From Phycisphaerales bacterium (GTDB taxonomy: Bacteria > Planctomycetota > Phycisphaerae > Phycisphaerales > UBA1924), in the NCBI GenBank assembly GCA_044222485.1, contig JBGAND010000020.1:17907-81906 (forward strand): a DNA stretch of 64,000 nt, written 5' to 3'. Below are positions 19,410-29,600 of the stretch, in pieces; positions within the stretch are counted from its first letter, which is position 1, and every line of letters starts with the position of its first letter. Below the pieces are notes generated by a model. That model was not told the DNA's origin. It ran no database searches and was given only the letters and a program-made list of their open reading frames with translations. Position numbers and translations under genes: made by a program.

Positions 19410-19961
19410 CTATTCCTCAGACTCCTCCATATCCCCAAGATTCCTGAAGCACGCCTCGTAAGCCAAAAGGTACCGGGTCGCCGCATCGGCCGCGGCCGGG
19501 TCCGCCGGGTTCAGCGGCAAGGACGACCGGAACGTGAACAGGAGGTCGTCCGACCGGAAATGCTCAATTTGCAGGCTGTGACCCGTGGGGAACCCCTGCT
19601 CGGCGAGTTCCTCGGCCAGCAGGTCTTCCATTTTGTCCCCGGTGTGCAGCAGATCGGTCTCGATCGACTCGCTCAGCCACCGATCCGCCATGACCAGCGA
19701 TGCCCAGACCTTCCCGGATTCCAGAAAAAGCCGGTAAGAAGCCGGGGCCGCGGCCGCCTTGGCGTGGCACACCAGCCGTCCATCCTTCACAGCGACCGTC
19801 CCAAAGGCACCCGAGGCCCGGGCGAGGCCCTCGACCTTGGTCAAAAAGGGATGTGCGGGGGGCGAAGGTGGGGGCATGGGGAGGGGCGAACTGGGTATCT
19901 GGGTGGTGGTGGGCACGAGAAGCACAGGGTAGGTGTGAAGCATGCCGGAAGCTATGAACAT
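19410..19961 (-). CDS. hypothetical protein, 183 aa
   Basis: Track ORF 19410..20102 trimmed to ATG 19961, because the upstream part runs through the tRNA-Leu gene. It has an acidic C-terminus (NLGDMEESEE). I recognise no domain. Confidence 0.5.
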   Translation of the reverse strand: MFIASGMLHTYPVLLVPTTTQIPSSPLPMPPPSPPAHPFLTKVEGLARASGAFGTVAVKDGRLVCHAKAAAAPASYRLFLESGKVWASLVMADRWLSESIETDLLHTGDKMEDLLAEELAEQGFPTGHSLQIEHFRSDDLLFTFRSSLPLNPADPAAADAATRYLLAYEACFRNLGDMEESEE

Positions 19962-20043
19962 GGGTCGCGTGCAGTCGTCCGGGAGGGGGTAAGTCGCATA
20001 CGCTTGCCCCCACGGACTCCCGAAAGGGAGCCCGAGCACACCT

Positions 20044-20127
20044 GCCCAGGTGGCGAAATTGGCAGACGCACTACCTTGAGGTGGTAGCGCCCGCAAGGGC
20101 ATGGAGGTTCAAGTCCTCTCCTGGGCA
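20044..20127 (+). tRNA. tRNA-Leu, anticodon GAG
   Basis: GCCCAGGTGGCGAAATTGGCAGACGCACTACCTTGAGGTGGTAGCGCCCGCAAGGGCATGGAGGTTCAAGTCCTCTCCTGGGCA. The acceptor stem is GCCCAGG/CCTGGGC. The anticodon arm is CTACC-TTGAGGT-GGTAG. It has a long variable arm and a GGTTCAAGTCC T-loop. It is almost colinear with E. coli tRNA-Leu(GAG) as I remember it. CCA is not encoded. Confidence 0.93.
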
Positions 20128-20280
20128 TTTGCTTCGTTCGGCGACCGCATTTACCAATACTTGCTTCGGGGTCGCACAGGCCCGGTAATGCCCGGGAACT
20201 CTTAGAAAACAATCGACCGTTCTGCCCATAGCCGGTAATCTGGATGTCGGGTGTACTCATCGATTCAGGCCGGGGCAGCA

Positions 20281-21354
20281 ATGGGTTTTCGCCGCAATGA
20301 CATCCTGGTGAACACTCGTGCTTCCGAGAGCCAATACGCACGCGCTGCGATGTGCCTGACGGTGCTAGCGATCGCGCTATTCCCCTCGCTTCCGGCGGCT
20401 CGCGCCCAATCAGGGCAGATCGTCGTTTGGGGCAGTGTTCCTCCTTGGTTCGTTCCGCCGTCGGGCGTCTACTCCACGGTTTCTGTCGGCAGTGAACATG
20501 CGTTAGCGCTTCGTCCGGACGGGACGATGGTGGGCTGGGGCGGTAATGGGTTTGGACAGGCCACGCCGCAGCCCGGGACGTTTACCGCCGTGGCGGCGGG
20601 TGCCGACCACAGCGTTGCGCTTCGCACCGACGGCACGGCTATCTCGTGGGGCAACAACTTCGAGGGGGAGGCGAACACTCCGCCGGGAACATTTCTTCAG
20701 GTTTCCGCGGGGTACCACTGCAGTGGCGGTCTTCGGCCGGACGGGTCTATCGTCATTTGGGGTCTTTGGGAAACGACCCCCGTCCCGCCCGGAACCTTCA
20801 AGTCGGTGTGGGTGGGAGGGGACGGAAACCTCGGCGCCATCCGCGCCGACAATACGATGGTGACCTGGGTTGGCGCTCCCGCCGCAATCAGCGGTACATT
20901 CAAATCAATCAACGTCAACTGCCTCGCCGCGGCTCTCCGCGCCGATGGTTCAGTGGTGACGTTTGGCGGATGTCTTTCCCAGAACTATCCTGCTCCTCCG
21001 GGCCAGTTCGTACAGCTGAGCGCCAGTTCCAGTGGTTACCACGGCGCGCTCCGTCCGGACGGCACGATTGCTGTCTGGGGACCCCATCCTCCGAGCGTAT
21101 TGAATGTCCCCTCGGGGCCTTTCTCATTCGTGGCCATGGGACCAGGGTTCGGCATGGCGATCAAATCATGCTACGTCAACTGTGATAACAGTTCGGTCAG
21201 CCCGATGTTGAACGCCAACGACTTTCAGTGCTTCTTAAACAAATTCGCCGCCGGCAACACCGAAGCCAATTGCGACGGCAACACGTCCGGCGTGCTGCTC
21301 ACCGCCAACGACTTCCAGTGCTTCATCAACAAGTTCGCGGCCGGGTGTCCTTAG
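20281..21354 (+). CDS. secreted RCC1-like repeat (beta-propeller) protein with C-terminal tandem dockerin-like module
   Basis: Signal-like segment MCLTVLAIALFPSLPAARAQ. Repeats of the type GADHSVALRTDGTAISWGNNFEGEANTPPGTF. C-terminus CYVNCDNSSVSPMLNANDFQCFLNKFAAGNTEANCDGNTSGVLLTANDFQCFINKFAAGCP. The start may be ATG 20281 or a later internal Met. Confidence 0.8.
   Translation: MGFRRNDILVNTRASESQYARAAMCLTVLAIALFPSLPAARAQSGQIVVWGSVPPWFVPPSGVYSTVSVGSEHALALRPDGTMVGWGGNGFGQATPQPGTFTAVAAGADHSVALRTDGTAISWGNNFEGEANTPPGTFLQVSAGYHCSGGLRPDGSIVIWGLWETTPVPPGTFKSVWVGGDGNLGAIRADNTMVTWVGAPAAISGTFKSINVNCLAAALRADGSVVTFGGCLSQNYPAPPGQFVQLSASSSGYHGALRPDGTIAVWGPHPPSVLNVPSGPFSFVAMGPGFGMAIKSCYVNCDNSSVSPMLNANDFQCFLNKFAAGNTEANCDGNTSGVLLTANDFQCFINKFAAGCP
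21169..21351 (+). repeat. dockerin-like tandem module, copy 1 of 3 (2 x NCDxxxxxPxLxANDFQCFxNKFAxG)
   Basis: Two internal repeats are read directly in the translation. The same module ends the genes at 62857 and 63896. Confidence 0.85.
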
Positions 21355-21367
21355 GCAATTCCGGGGC

Positions 21368-22675
21368 TCACGCCTTCTTAATCACCGGCACCGCCTTGTA
21401 CTCACCCTCAAGAATCTTCTTGGGGTCCGCCTTCAGCCAGCCATCCAGCACGCCCGCGTACACCGACCGGAAGTCGATGTGATACTTCAGGTCACCCTCA
21501 TCAAGGTCGGTGAGTGACGGATGGTCGCCTATGACGCCCGCCTTGACCATGGGGCCAAAGAGGAACATCGGGGCCGCGGTGCCGTGGTCGGTGCCCTGGC
21601 TGGCGTTCTGCGCAACGCGTCGGCCGAACTCCGAGAAAGACATCGTCAGCACGCGGCCATCGTTCTCCTGCGCCTTGAGATCGGAGTAAAACGCCTTCAT
21701 CGCCTGCGCAAGTTGGCTCAACAGGTTGCCGTGCCGGCCGTTCCCCGCACCCTGCTGGGCGTGCGTGTCAAAACCGCCGTGCTGGACGTAATACACCCGC
21801 GTCGGCAGCCCGGCGCGGATCATGCTCGCGACCATCTGCAACTGGCGTCCCAGTTCGTTCTGCGGATACTGCACGAGCGGCTTCTGGCGAACAGCCTTGC
21901 GAATCAGGTCGCTCGACACCTGAGCATCCAGCGCCGTCCGCATCAGGAACGATGAGTTTGAATCATCACCGGTGTCCTTCACCTCGCGACGCTCAAGCTT
22001 CTGATACGGGTCCGCCAGTGACTTGTGCACATCCTGCCCGATCCACCGGAACAGGTCTTCAGACTCAAACGAAATCGGTTTGATCCGTTGCCCCTGCATC
22101 GCCAGCGGCGCGGCACGTCCAATCGCGATTCCCGGCTGATTGCCACCCGCCTTCTTCTCATCCTTGCCCGACTCACCCTTTCCGTAGCCGCAGCATTCAG
22201 CGTCAAAGTATCGCCCGAGCCAGCCATCGCCCGTCGCCGTCGTGTCCGCGGTCTGCCAGATGTCCATCGACTTGAAGTGCGAGCGATTGGGGTTGGGATA
22301 TCCCACACCCTGGATCACCGTCGCCATCCCTTTGTCGTACAGCTCCTTGATCCCCGTCATCTGCGGGTGCAGGCCGACTCCGTAGTCGCCGAGCTTCAAG
22401 ACGTCCTTGGCGGGAATGCCGATCCCCGGCCGCGCCTTGTAGTACTGGTCCATCGAATACGGAACGACCATGTTGAGCCCGTCGTTGCCGCCCGACAGTT
22501 GAACGACTACGAGGATGTGATCCTCCGGCACGCCCGGCATCGACGAGAGCCCGAACCCGGGCATCATCGCGAGCGCTGAGCGGTTCAGGAAAGCAGGCAG
22601 CGTGGCCGCGGCCGATGCCATGATCAGGCTGGAGTTCAGGAACTGCCGGCGTGTAAAGGCTGTGGGATCCGTCAT
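21368..22675 (-). CDS. DUF1501 family protein (sulfatase/alkaline-phosphatase-like fold) with Tat signal
   Basis: MTDPTAFTRRQFLNSSLIMASAAATLPAF is a twin-arginine signal. VVQLSGGNDGLN and YYVQHGGFDTHAQQ are typical DUF1501 blocks. Confidence 0.88.
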   Translation of the reverse strand: MTDPTAFTRRQFLNSSLIMASAAATLPAFLNRSALAMMPGFGLSSMPGVPEDHILVVVQLSGGNDGLNMVVPYSMDQYYKARPGIGIPAKDVLKLGDYGVGLHPQMTGIKELYDKGMATVIQGVGYPNPNRSHFKSMDIWQTADTTATGDGWLGRYFDAECCGYGKGESGKDEKKAGGNQPGIAIGRAAPLAMQGQRIKPISFESEDLFRWIGQDVHKSLADPYQKLERREVKDTGDDSNSSFLMRTALDAQVSSDLIRKAVRQKPLVQYPQNELGRQLQMVASMIRAGLPTRVYYVQHGGFDTHAQQGAGNGRHGNLLSQLAQAMKAFYSDLKAQENDGRVLTMSFSEFGRRVAQNASQGTDHGTAAPMFLFGPMVKAGVIGDHPSLTDLDEGDLKYHIDFRSVYAGVLDGWLKADPKKILEGEYKAVPVIKKA

Positions 22676-22694
22676 TGGAGAGCTCCGAAAGCGT

Positions 22695-24248
22695 TCAACA
22701 CAACTGATACTCCGGCATCGCCGTAATCAACAACAGCATCCCGACCACCAGATCATTGGTGACGCCGGTATTCAGGGATTTCGCAAAGTCCGAAAGGATG
22801 GTCTTGGCCTCATCCGGGGCGTTCCCCAGAGTGAGTTTGAGCAGGAACTCCCCGACCTTGGCCGGATCCTTCTCAGCTCCGGGATTGGCCTTGGCCAGCT
22901 CCGAGAGCAACGGCGCCGGGTCAAACTTCTCCTGATTCGCCATCGCGTCATACCCCTGCGGCTTCTTGCCCGTCAGGAGGAACGCCATGATGTTCTGGCG
23001 AACGTAGAGCGTGCTCGTGTTGATCCACGATCGTCCGCCATCCCAACCCTTCACGCTCGGCGGCATGAAGATGTTCTGCCCCATCAAGTCCGTTGCATCG
23101 TTGAGGAGCGATAGCGACCGCACCGGTGTATTCAGCGAGCGGATCGCTCCGACCACAAGCTGGATCGGCGACTTGATCTGTTCGTTGCGGATCCTGGTGC
23201 TGTAGAAGTGCTCGGACAGGAAGAGACGGCGGAGCACGGGCTTGATCGCGTACTTGTTCGTGGAAAGCGTCGTCGCCAGATCCGCGATCACCGCCCGCAT
23301 CGCCGGGTCCAACGTTCGGTCGTTGTCCGTCGCCTCCAGCGGCGGGATATCCGCGGCAAAGAACTTGTACAGCTTCCTGGCGATGTACTGCGAGCAGGCC
23401 TTCTTCTCCAGGATGATCTTGACGAACCCGTCTCCGTCAAAGTTGCCCGAAGCGCCGAGGATGTTCTTGTTGCCCGTGTCGTGGTTGTTCTTCTGGAACT
23501 GCGCCTCATCGTCGTAGAACGTGTAGCCGGTCAAAGCCCGCGCGCCTTCTTTGATGTCGCGCTCGGTGTAGTTCCCCAGCCCCAGGCTGAACAGCTCCAT
23601 GATCTCGCGAGCCAGGTTCTCGTTGGGCTTGTTCTTCCGGGACTCGTTGTTGTTCAGATACTTCAGCATCGCCGGGTCGCGGATGATGCCGTAGAGCAAG
23701 TCGCCGAAGTTTCCCAGAGCGTTCTTCCGGAACAGGTTGTTCTGGAGGAACATGTGATAGCTGTTCTCAACCGTGCGGAAACTGGTCGCAAAGTGCCCGT
23801 GCCAGAAGAGCGTCAACTTCTCTTCCAGAGGCCGCGGCGTCTCGATCAGCCGCCTCAGCCACCACTGCTGCATCTGCCGCATCTGCTCGCGGTCGGTCGC
23901 CTCGCGCTCCTGCTGCATCACGCGATAGCGCGCCAGCGTCGTCTCATCTTGGCTCTGCCGAGCTGCCCGGGCCTTGGCCTGCTCCTCAGGTGTCGGCGGC
24001 CGGATGATCGTCTTATCAAACTGAGAAAGCTTGACCTCTTCGGTCGGCACCTTGTCCGCTTCCAGCAGGTAATCGATCGACTTCTCCGGCCCCCAGCCAA
24101 CCAGCGTCTGGATCTGCTCCGGCGTCCCGCCGAATCCGGCGCGCCACAACAGATGCCGCGCCTGGTCGTACCCGAACGCATCCTTTTTAATGGGCGTCAT
24201 CGATGCCGAAAGCTTGGTTTTCAAAGCAGGTTCGGGCTGAGTGAGCAT
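22695..24248 (-). CDS. DUF1800 family protein
   Basis: ATG 24248 gives MLTQPEPALKTK. ARHLLWRAGFGGTPEQI and NENLAREIMELFSLGLGNYTERDIKEGARALTG match the DUF1800 signature as I remember it. It is the usual upstream partner of DUF1501. Confidence 0.85.
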   Translation of the reverse strand: MLTQPEPALKTKLSASMTPIKKDAFGYDQARHLLWRAGFGGTPEQIQTLVGWGPEKSIDYLLEADKVPTEEVKLSQFDKTIIRPPTPEEQAKARAARQSQDETTLARYRVMQQEREATDREQMRQMQQWWLRRLIETPRPLEEKLTLFWHGHFATSFRTVENSYHMFLQNNLFRKNALGNFGDLLYGIIRDPAMLKYLNNNESRKNKPNENLAREIMELFSLGLGNYTERDIKEGARALTGYTFYDDEAQFQKNNHDTGNKNILGASGNFDGDGFVKIILEKKACSQYIARKLYKFFAADIPPLEATDNDRTLDPAMRAVIADLATTLSTNKYAIKPVLRRLFLSEHFYSTRIRNEQIKSPIQLVVGAIRSLNTPVRSLSLLNDATDLMGQNIFMPPSVKGWDGGRSWINTSTLYVRQNIMAFLLTGKKPQGYDAMANQEKFDPAPLLSELAKANPGAEKDPAKVGEFLLKLTLGNAPDEAKTILSDFAKSLNTGVTNDLVVGMLLLITAMPEYQLC

Positions 24249-24401
24249 GTCTGCCCTCCGTGAGTCGCCCAGCAGAACGCCGCCTACGCACCGGGATTGC
24301 CCGGCGGACCTCGTCCAACGCACCTAACCCTCGATTGTCGGGGCTACTCCCCAGATTGCCAATAGATATCGGCACTCAATGGGCCAAAAGCCCCCGAATC
24401 C

Positions 24402-25724
24402 TCAGGATATCGACGCTGTGGAGACTCTCAACAGCCGCTTGGCCCAGACGAAGGTCAGGACGGTCACCGCCAGCAGCGCCGCACCGTTGGCCTGATGAAC
24501 CGTACGGAGCAGGGCCTGGCCGGGGCTATCCGCAGCCACCGCCTTCCCACCCATCGAAAAGGTCATCCATCCCAAAATGAACTGGAAAAGCACGACCACC
24601 AGCAGCCAAGTCCCACACCGCCGCATGATCTTGCCCAAACCACCATGCTCACCCGCGACCGATCGAGCCGCAAACCCCGCCGCCAGCGCGAGGATCAGGA
24701 CGACCATGGCCAAACCCATGTGCGAGAACAGCGAGTGCCTATCCCGGAAGTGCCGGTACATCGCACCGAACACGAGTTGGAGCAGCGTCGAGTGGAGTGC
24801 CGCGGTCACGAAGATCCGCAACTTCTTGGGATTAGCGATTGGATCCGTCCGCTGAACCGCCTTGAACATCGGAGACAACGCGGCCGCCAGCCCCACGATT
24901 GTCCCAAAGGTGAGTTGGGCCAAAACCCCGTGCAACATGGCCAAAAGACGCTTGTTTTCCAGCACTCGCGCCCCACCCAGCACTCCCTGGATCACCACCA
25001 AACTGAACGCGATGATCGCCAGCACCTTGACCCACTTGCGCCGTTCAGCACTCAGCGTCCAGATCATCAGCGTCAGCGTCGAAAGCCCAACCAGCGTGCC
25101 AAACAGGCGGTGCGAGTGCTCCAGAAAGACGGCAGGTCCAGCCCCTTTCAATGGGTACAAAAACATGTTGGTGCCATAAGTCTGCGGCCAATCCGGCACC
25201 GCCATCCCCGAGTTGGTGCTCGTCACCAATCCACCGATGAACAACAACGGAGCCACCGTCGCCGCCGTTGCCACCGCGAACTGCGCCAGAGTGTCGCCGC
25301 GCCGAGCCCGCGGCAACGCCCGTCCGACCACCGCTCCAACCAACCCGATGGCTGCTCCCATCGCCAGAAACGCCAAGCCAATCAGGACCGCCGAAGGAAC
25401 CGCCGCGGCCGTTTGCCCCGGCTCGATCAACTTCGCACCCAGAATCAACAGCCCAAGCAGCGCGGAAATCAGCCCACCCAGAACGCTAGTTCCGAGCGTG
25501 CAACCCCTCGAAAGCACTGCCGCCGCAACGATCCACGCAGCGATGACCCCCCCTGCCCGCATCGGCTCAGTTAGGGAAACCCACGGCAGGTGGGTCACAA
25601 ACCAAGTCGTCCAAACCACGGCGGCGGCCGCGAACCCGAATGCAAGTGCATATCCAAACGCGATTTGCATCCCTGGACCAGAACGAATGTTAGCATTTTG
25701 ATTGGTATTGGAAACGCCGCCCAT
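24402..25724 (-). CDS. ctaA: haem A synthase (COX15/CtaA family) with N-terminal extra TM segments
   Basis: GGLVTSTNSGMAVPDWPQTYG...FLEHSHRLFGTLVG and a second His-containing half (MLHGVLAQL, YRHFRDRH). Polytopic, 440 aa. Confidence 0.88.
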   Translation of the reverse strand: MGGVSNTNQNANIRSGPGMQIAFGYALAFGFAAAAVVWTTWFVTHLPWVSLTEPMRAGGVIAAWIVAAAVLSRGCTLGTSVLGGLISALLGLLILGAKLIEPGQTAAAVPSAVLIGLAFLAMGAAIGLVGAVVGRALPRARRGDTLAQFAVATAATVAPLLFIGGLVTSTNSGMAVPDWPQTYGTNMFLYPLKGAGPAVFLEHSHRLFGTLVGLSTLTLMIWTLSAERRKWVKVLAIIAFSLVVIQGVLGGARVLENKRLLAMLHGVLAQLTFGTIVGLAAALSPMFKAVQRTDPIANPKKLRIFVTAALHSTLLQLVFGAMYRHFRDRHSLFSHMGLAMVVLILALAAGFAARSVAGEHGGLGKIMRRCGTWLLVVVLFQFILGWMTFSMGGKAVAADSPGQALLRTVHQANGAALLAVTVLTFVWAKRLLRVSTASIS

Positions 25725-25738
25725 GGCTCAGGCTCCGG

Positions 25739-25752
25739 TTGACCTCTGTCAG
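25739..25752. promoter_or_regulatory. candidate CRP/FNR-family operator TTGAC-N4-GTCAG in the ctaA/actA divergent region
   Basis: The palindrome TTGACCTCTGTCAG lies 15 nt upstream of the ctaA start. A second site with the same half-sites but N7 spacing (TTGACAGACAGGGTCAA) lies at 25816-25832. Confidence 0.2.
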
Positions 25753-25934
25753 GTATTGATCGAGTTACACCGTTCCTGTCGATTGTACGAGATTGCGGTC
25801 GAACAGTAACGCGGCTTGACAGACAGGGTCAAACTTGCACAAATTGCGGCCCCACAGGAAATCTGTGGGGTGCGAGTAATACGCTGTTGGCCATACCGGG
25901 CCCCAGGAGATACGCCGTGATCTTTGGTAAGTGG

Positions 25935-26621
25935 ATGAACATGATCCCAACAATGGGAGCGATCGGCGCCATTGGTGGCCTTTGCACGGTAATTGGGGGG
26001 TTCTGGTACTACGCCACCCCCAAGTACTGGCGAGTGGGCTACATGCCGACTCAGCCCTCAACCGGTTTCAACCACCAGATCCATGCCGGAAAGCTGGGCT
26101 TGGATTGTCGCTATTGCCACACCAAAGTTGAGAAGTCTCCCGAAGCCAACATCCCGAATGTGGCGACCTGCTACGGCTGCCACGCCGAAAACCACGTCTC
26201 AGCGCTGATCGTTCCCGATGAGCGGACCAAGTTCATTCGCGACGCTTACGCGAAGGATGAGTCTATCGAATGGCGTCGCGTGCACAAGGTTCCGGACTAC
26301 GTCCGCAACTTCCCGCACAACGCCCACGTCCGCGCTGGTGTGAGCTGCTATTCATGCCACGGGCTCATCCCCGGGCAGCCGGTGGTCAACGTCACGCAGC
26401 CCATGAGCATGGGTTGGTGCCTGACCTGCCACCGGGACATGAAGGACAACCCCGGCGCTCACATTGTGCCGCAGGACAAAGTGACCAACCTGTTCTGGGT
26501 TGATGAGCAAATGAAGAAGATCGCGGCCGGCCAGAAGGCCGCGGACGGCTTTGATGCAGTGCTGCAGGCGCAGAAGTTGAAGTTGGTCGCCCCTGAAAAC
26601 TGCGGCGCGTGCCACTACTAG
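25935..26621 (+). CDS. actA: alternative complex III subunit ActA, pentahaem cytochrome c
   Basis: Five CxxCH motifs (CRYCH, CYGCH, CYSCH, CLTCH, CGACH), an N-terminal TM anchor, and position at the head of an actBCDEF series. ATG 25935 (MNMIPTMGAIG) chosen within track ORF 25887..26621. Confidence 0.88.
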   Translation: MNMIPTMGAIGAIGGLCTVIGGFWYYATPKYWRVGYMPTQPSTGFNHQIHAGKLGLDCRYCHTKVEKSPEANIPNVATCYGCHAENHVSALIVPDERTKFIRDAYAKDESIEWRRVHKVPDYVRNFPHNAHVRAGVSCYSCHGLIPGQPVVNVTQPMSMGWCLTCHRDMKDNPGAHIVPQDKVTNLFWVDEQMKKIAAGQKAADGFDAVLQAQKLKLVAPENCGACHY

Positions 26622-26670
26622 TAGAGATCGAGTGAGCCGGGGCCACCCCCGGATGCGGGAAGCTTGAACG

Positions 26671-29600
26671 ATGTCAGACCAATGCCCGTCGTCGAAGAAG
26701 GAAGGGAAGGCCGGTAAAGCGGAGCTCGCCGCGAGTTCGCGCGAGCTGGGCCGCTTGGCCGGAAGCGCCGAGAGTGCGCGCGTGTGGCGCAGCCTTGAAG
26801 AGGTTGCCGACACCACCGACTTCCGCGACTGGATCGAGAAAGAGTTCCCGGCCGGCGCTTCTGAACTCAACGACTCGACGACTCGCCGCTCATTCCTCAA
26901 GATCATGGGCGCCTCGGTCGCCCTCGCCGGCGCAGCGACGCTTCCCGGCTGCCGCCGTCCGGATCACAAGATTCTGACCTACTCGGCGAAGGTTCCCGAG
27001 GACACGATCCCCGGCAAGCCGACGTATTACGCGACCAGCATGCCCCTCCCCGGCGGCGGCGCTGAGGGCCTCCTCGTCGAGACTCACGAAGGCCGCCCGA
27101 CCAAGGTCGAAGGCAACCCGCTCCATCCCAACAACCGCGGCAAGAGCACCGTCTGGTCGCAGGCCAGCGTGCTCAACATGTACGACCCTGACCGGCTCAA
27201 GTACCCGGTCTTCCGTGGAGCCGGCGATACCCGCGTCGCAAGCTGGGACGACTTCAAGAACTGGGCCAAGGAGAACTTCGCCCGCTTTGACAGCGTCCGC
27301 GGCAAGGGCATGGCCTTCATCGTCGAGAAGAAGACCAGTATCGCCCGCGATGCCATGCGCGACCGCATCAAGACCCGCTTCCCCCAGGCGATGTGGGTTC
27401 CTTACGAAGCCGTTGACAGTGACAGCAAGGTCGCCGGCGCCAGCGCCGCCTTCGGCCAGCCGATGCGTGAGTTGCTGACGTTCTCCGCCGCCGGCAAGGT
27501 CGCGGCCAAGGTCATCGTCTCTCTGGATCGCGACTTCCTCGAGCAGTCCGACCCCGGTTGCCTCACCAACAGCCGCGAGTTCGCCAACACACGCCGCGCC
27601 CTCACCGTCAAGGATGAGATGAGTCGCCTCTACGTGGTCGAGACCGGCTTCTCGATCACCGGCGGTGCCGCGGATCACCGCCTGCGCTTGGCTCCGACAC
27701 GCATCGCGGCCTTCGCGGTGATGCTCGCCAAGGCAGTGTTGGCCAAGGTCCAGGGACCCGACGCGGCGATACTCGCAGGCGCCATCAAGGACTTCGCGGC
27801 TCCCACGGGTGAAGACATCCCGACCAAGTTCGTTGACGCCGTCGCCGACGATCTCCTCACGGAATCCGACGGACACGGCGGTGGCCGCACCCGCGCGGGC
27901 GAAACGCTCATCCTCGCCGGCGACAGCCAGCCCGCGGCCGTTCACGCTCTCTGCCACGCCCTCAACGCCGTCCTGGGCAACGTCGGTAAGACCGTCAAGT
28001 ACTACCCGATGCGTGCCGACGAGGCCGCGAGTTCGACGGCAGGGCTTGCCTCCGTCTGTAAGGCCATGGATGCCGCCATCGCCGCCCACGAACCGAGCAT
28101 CGTCATTTGCATCGGCGTCAACCCCGTTTACGACGCCCCCGCCGAGCTCGACTTCGCCGCTAAGTATAAGAAGATCGACAAGACCGTCTGCCTCTCGGTC
28201 GGCGACAGCGAAACCGCCGCGGCCTCGACATGGTCGCTCAACGGCGCCCACTACCTCGAGAGCTGGGGCGACACCGAGTCCTACGACGGCACGATCTCTC
28301 CGATCCAACCCATGATCGCCCCGCTCTACGACCCCGCAAAGAGCGACATCGAACTCCTCGCGATCATCGCCGACCCCGAAGCCGCCATCGTCAAGTCCGA
28401 CCCGGCGGCTACGCCCGTCGCCGCGACTCCAAATGCCCCCGCCCCACCCAAGATGCAGCGCGTCGATGACGGCCACGTCATCGTCCAGGCCGCCTGGCGC
28501 GCCATGCTCGGCGGCAGCGTAAATCAGGCCGCGTTCGATAAGAAGTGGAAGCGGGCCCTGCACGATGGCGTGCTCGAAAACTCCGCCAAGCCCGCGGCCA
28601 CTCCGAAGTGCAACTACGGTGCGGTCGCCGCCGAGGTCTCCAAGCTCACCCTCTCCGGCCCGCCCACCGAGGCCTCACTCGATGTGCTGTTCTCCATCGG
28701 CCGTCTCCACGACGGTCGCTACACCAACAACGCCTGGCTCCAGGAGCTCCCCGCCACCGGCACCCGCGTGGTTTGGGACAACCCGGCCCTCATGAGCCCC
28801 AAGACCGCCGAGAAACTCGGTCTCGCGCCCGAGCGTTTCTCCAGCAAGGAAGGCGGCGCGGAAAAGATCTACACCCAGAAATATCCCGAAGCGCAGGTCG
28901 CTTCGGTGAAGCTCAACGGTCGCACCGTCGAAGTCGCCGTCTGGATCATGCCCGGCATGGCCGACAACACGGTCATCCTGCCGCTGGGCTACGGCCGCCA
29001 AAACTGCGGCCGCGTCGGCGATGGCGTCGGTCACAACGTTTACCCGCTCCGCGAAACCGCCTCCCGCCAGTTCGCCCGCGGTGCCACGATCACCAAGCTC
29101 CCCAAGAGCTACCCGATCACCAGCACGCAGAACCACTGGTCCCTCGAAGGCCGCACCGCCTTGCTCCGCCAGGTCGATCTGGTCGCCTGGCAGACGCACG
29201 GCGACAAGCCCAATCACAAAGAAAAGGACCGCCTCTACGGCACCGCGAAGGAACTCAACTTCGCCGAGCAGGTCGGCGGCCGCTACGGCGACCTCAAAGA
29301 AGGCCCGCCCACGCTCAACATCTATCCCCACCCCTACAACCTCGGCGAGCCCAAGCCCGGCGAAAAGTCCCTCGGTGGCCGCGGCATGACGCCCGAGCCC
29401 GGCTCGGCCTACTCCAAGGGCCCGCAGTGGGGCATGTCGATCGATCTCTCCACCTGCACCGGCTGCGGCGCATGCACGACCGCCTGCCAATCCGAGAACA
29501 ACATCGCGGTCATCGGCAAGAAGGAAGTGGCCAAGGGCCGCGAGATGTCTTGGATCCGCGTCGATCGCTACTTCGTCAGCGATTCCTCCGGCGAACTGGG

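Noticed and set aside
19140-20087. 315-aa plus-strand ORF.
   Set aside because: It overlaps the DUF1328 gene, the 183-aa gene and part of the tRNA-Leu on the opposite or same strand. Its composition is Arg/Pro/Gly-rich.
20044-21354. Possible integrated island at tRNA-Leu.
   Set aside because: There is no integrase or recombinase gene. I could not find a direct repeat of the tRNA 3' end downstream by eye. Only the mildly lower GC at the start of the next gene hints at acquisition.
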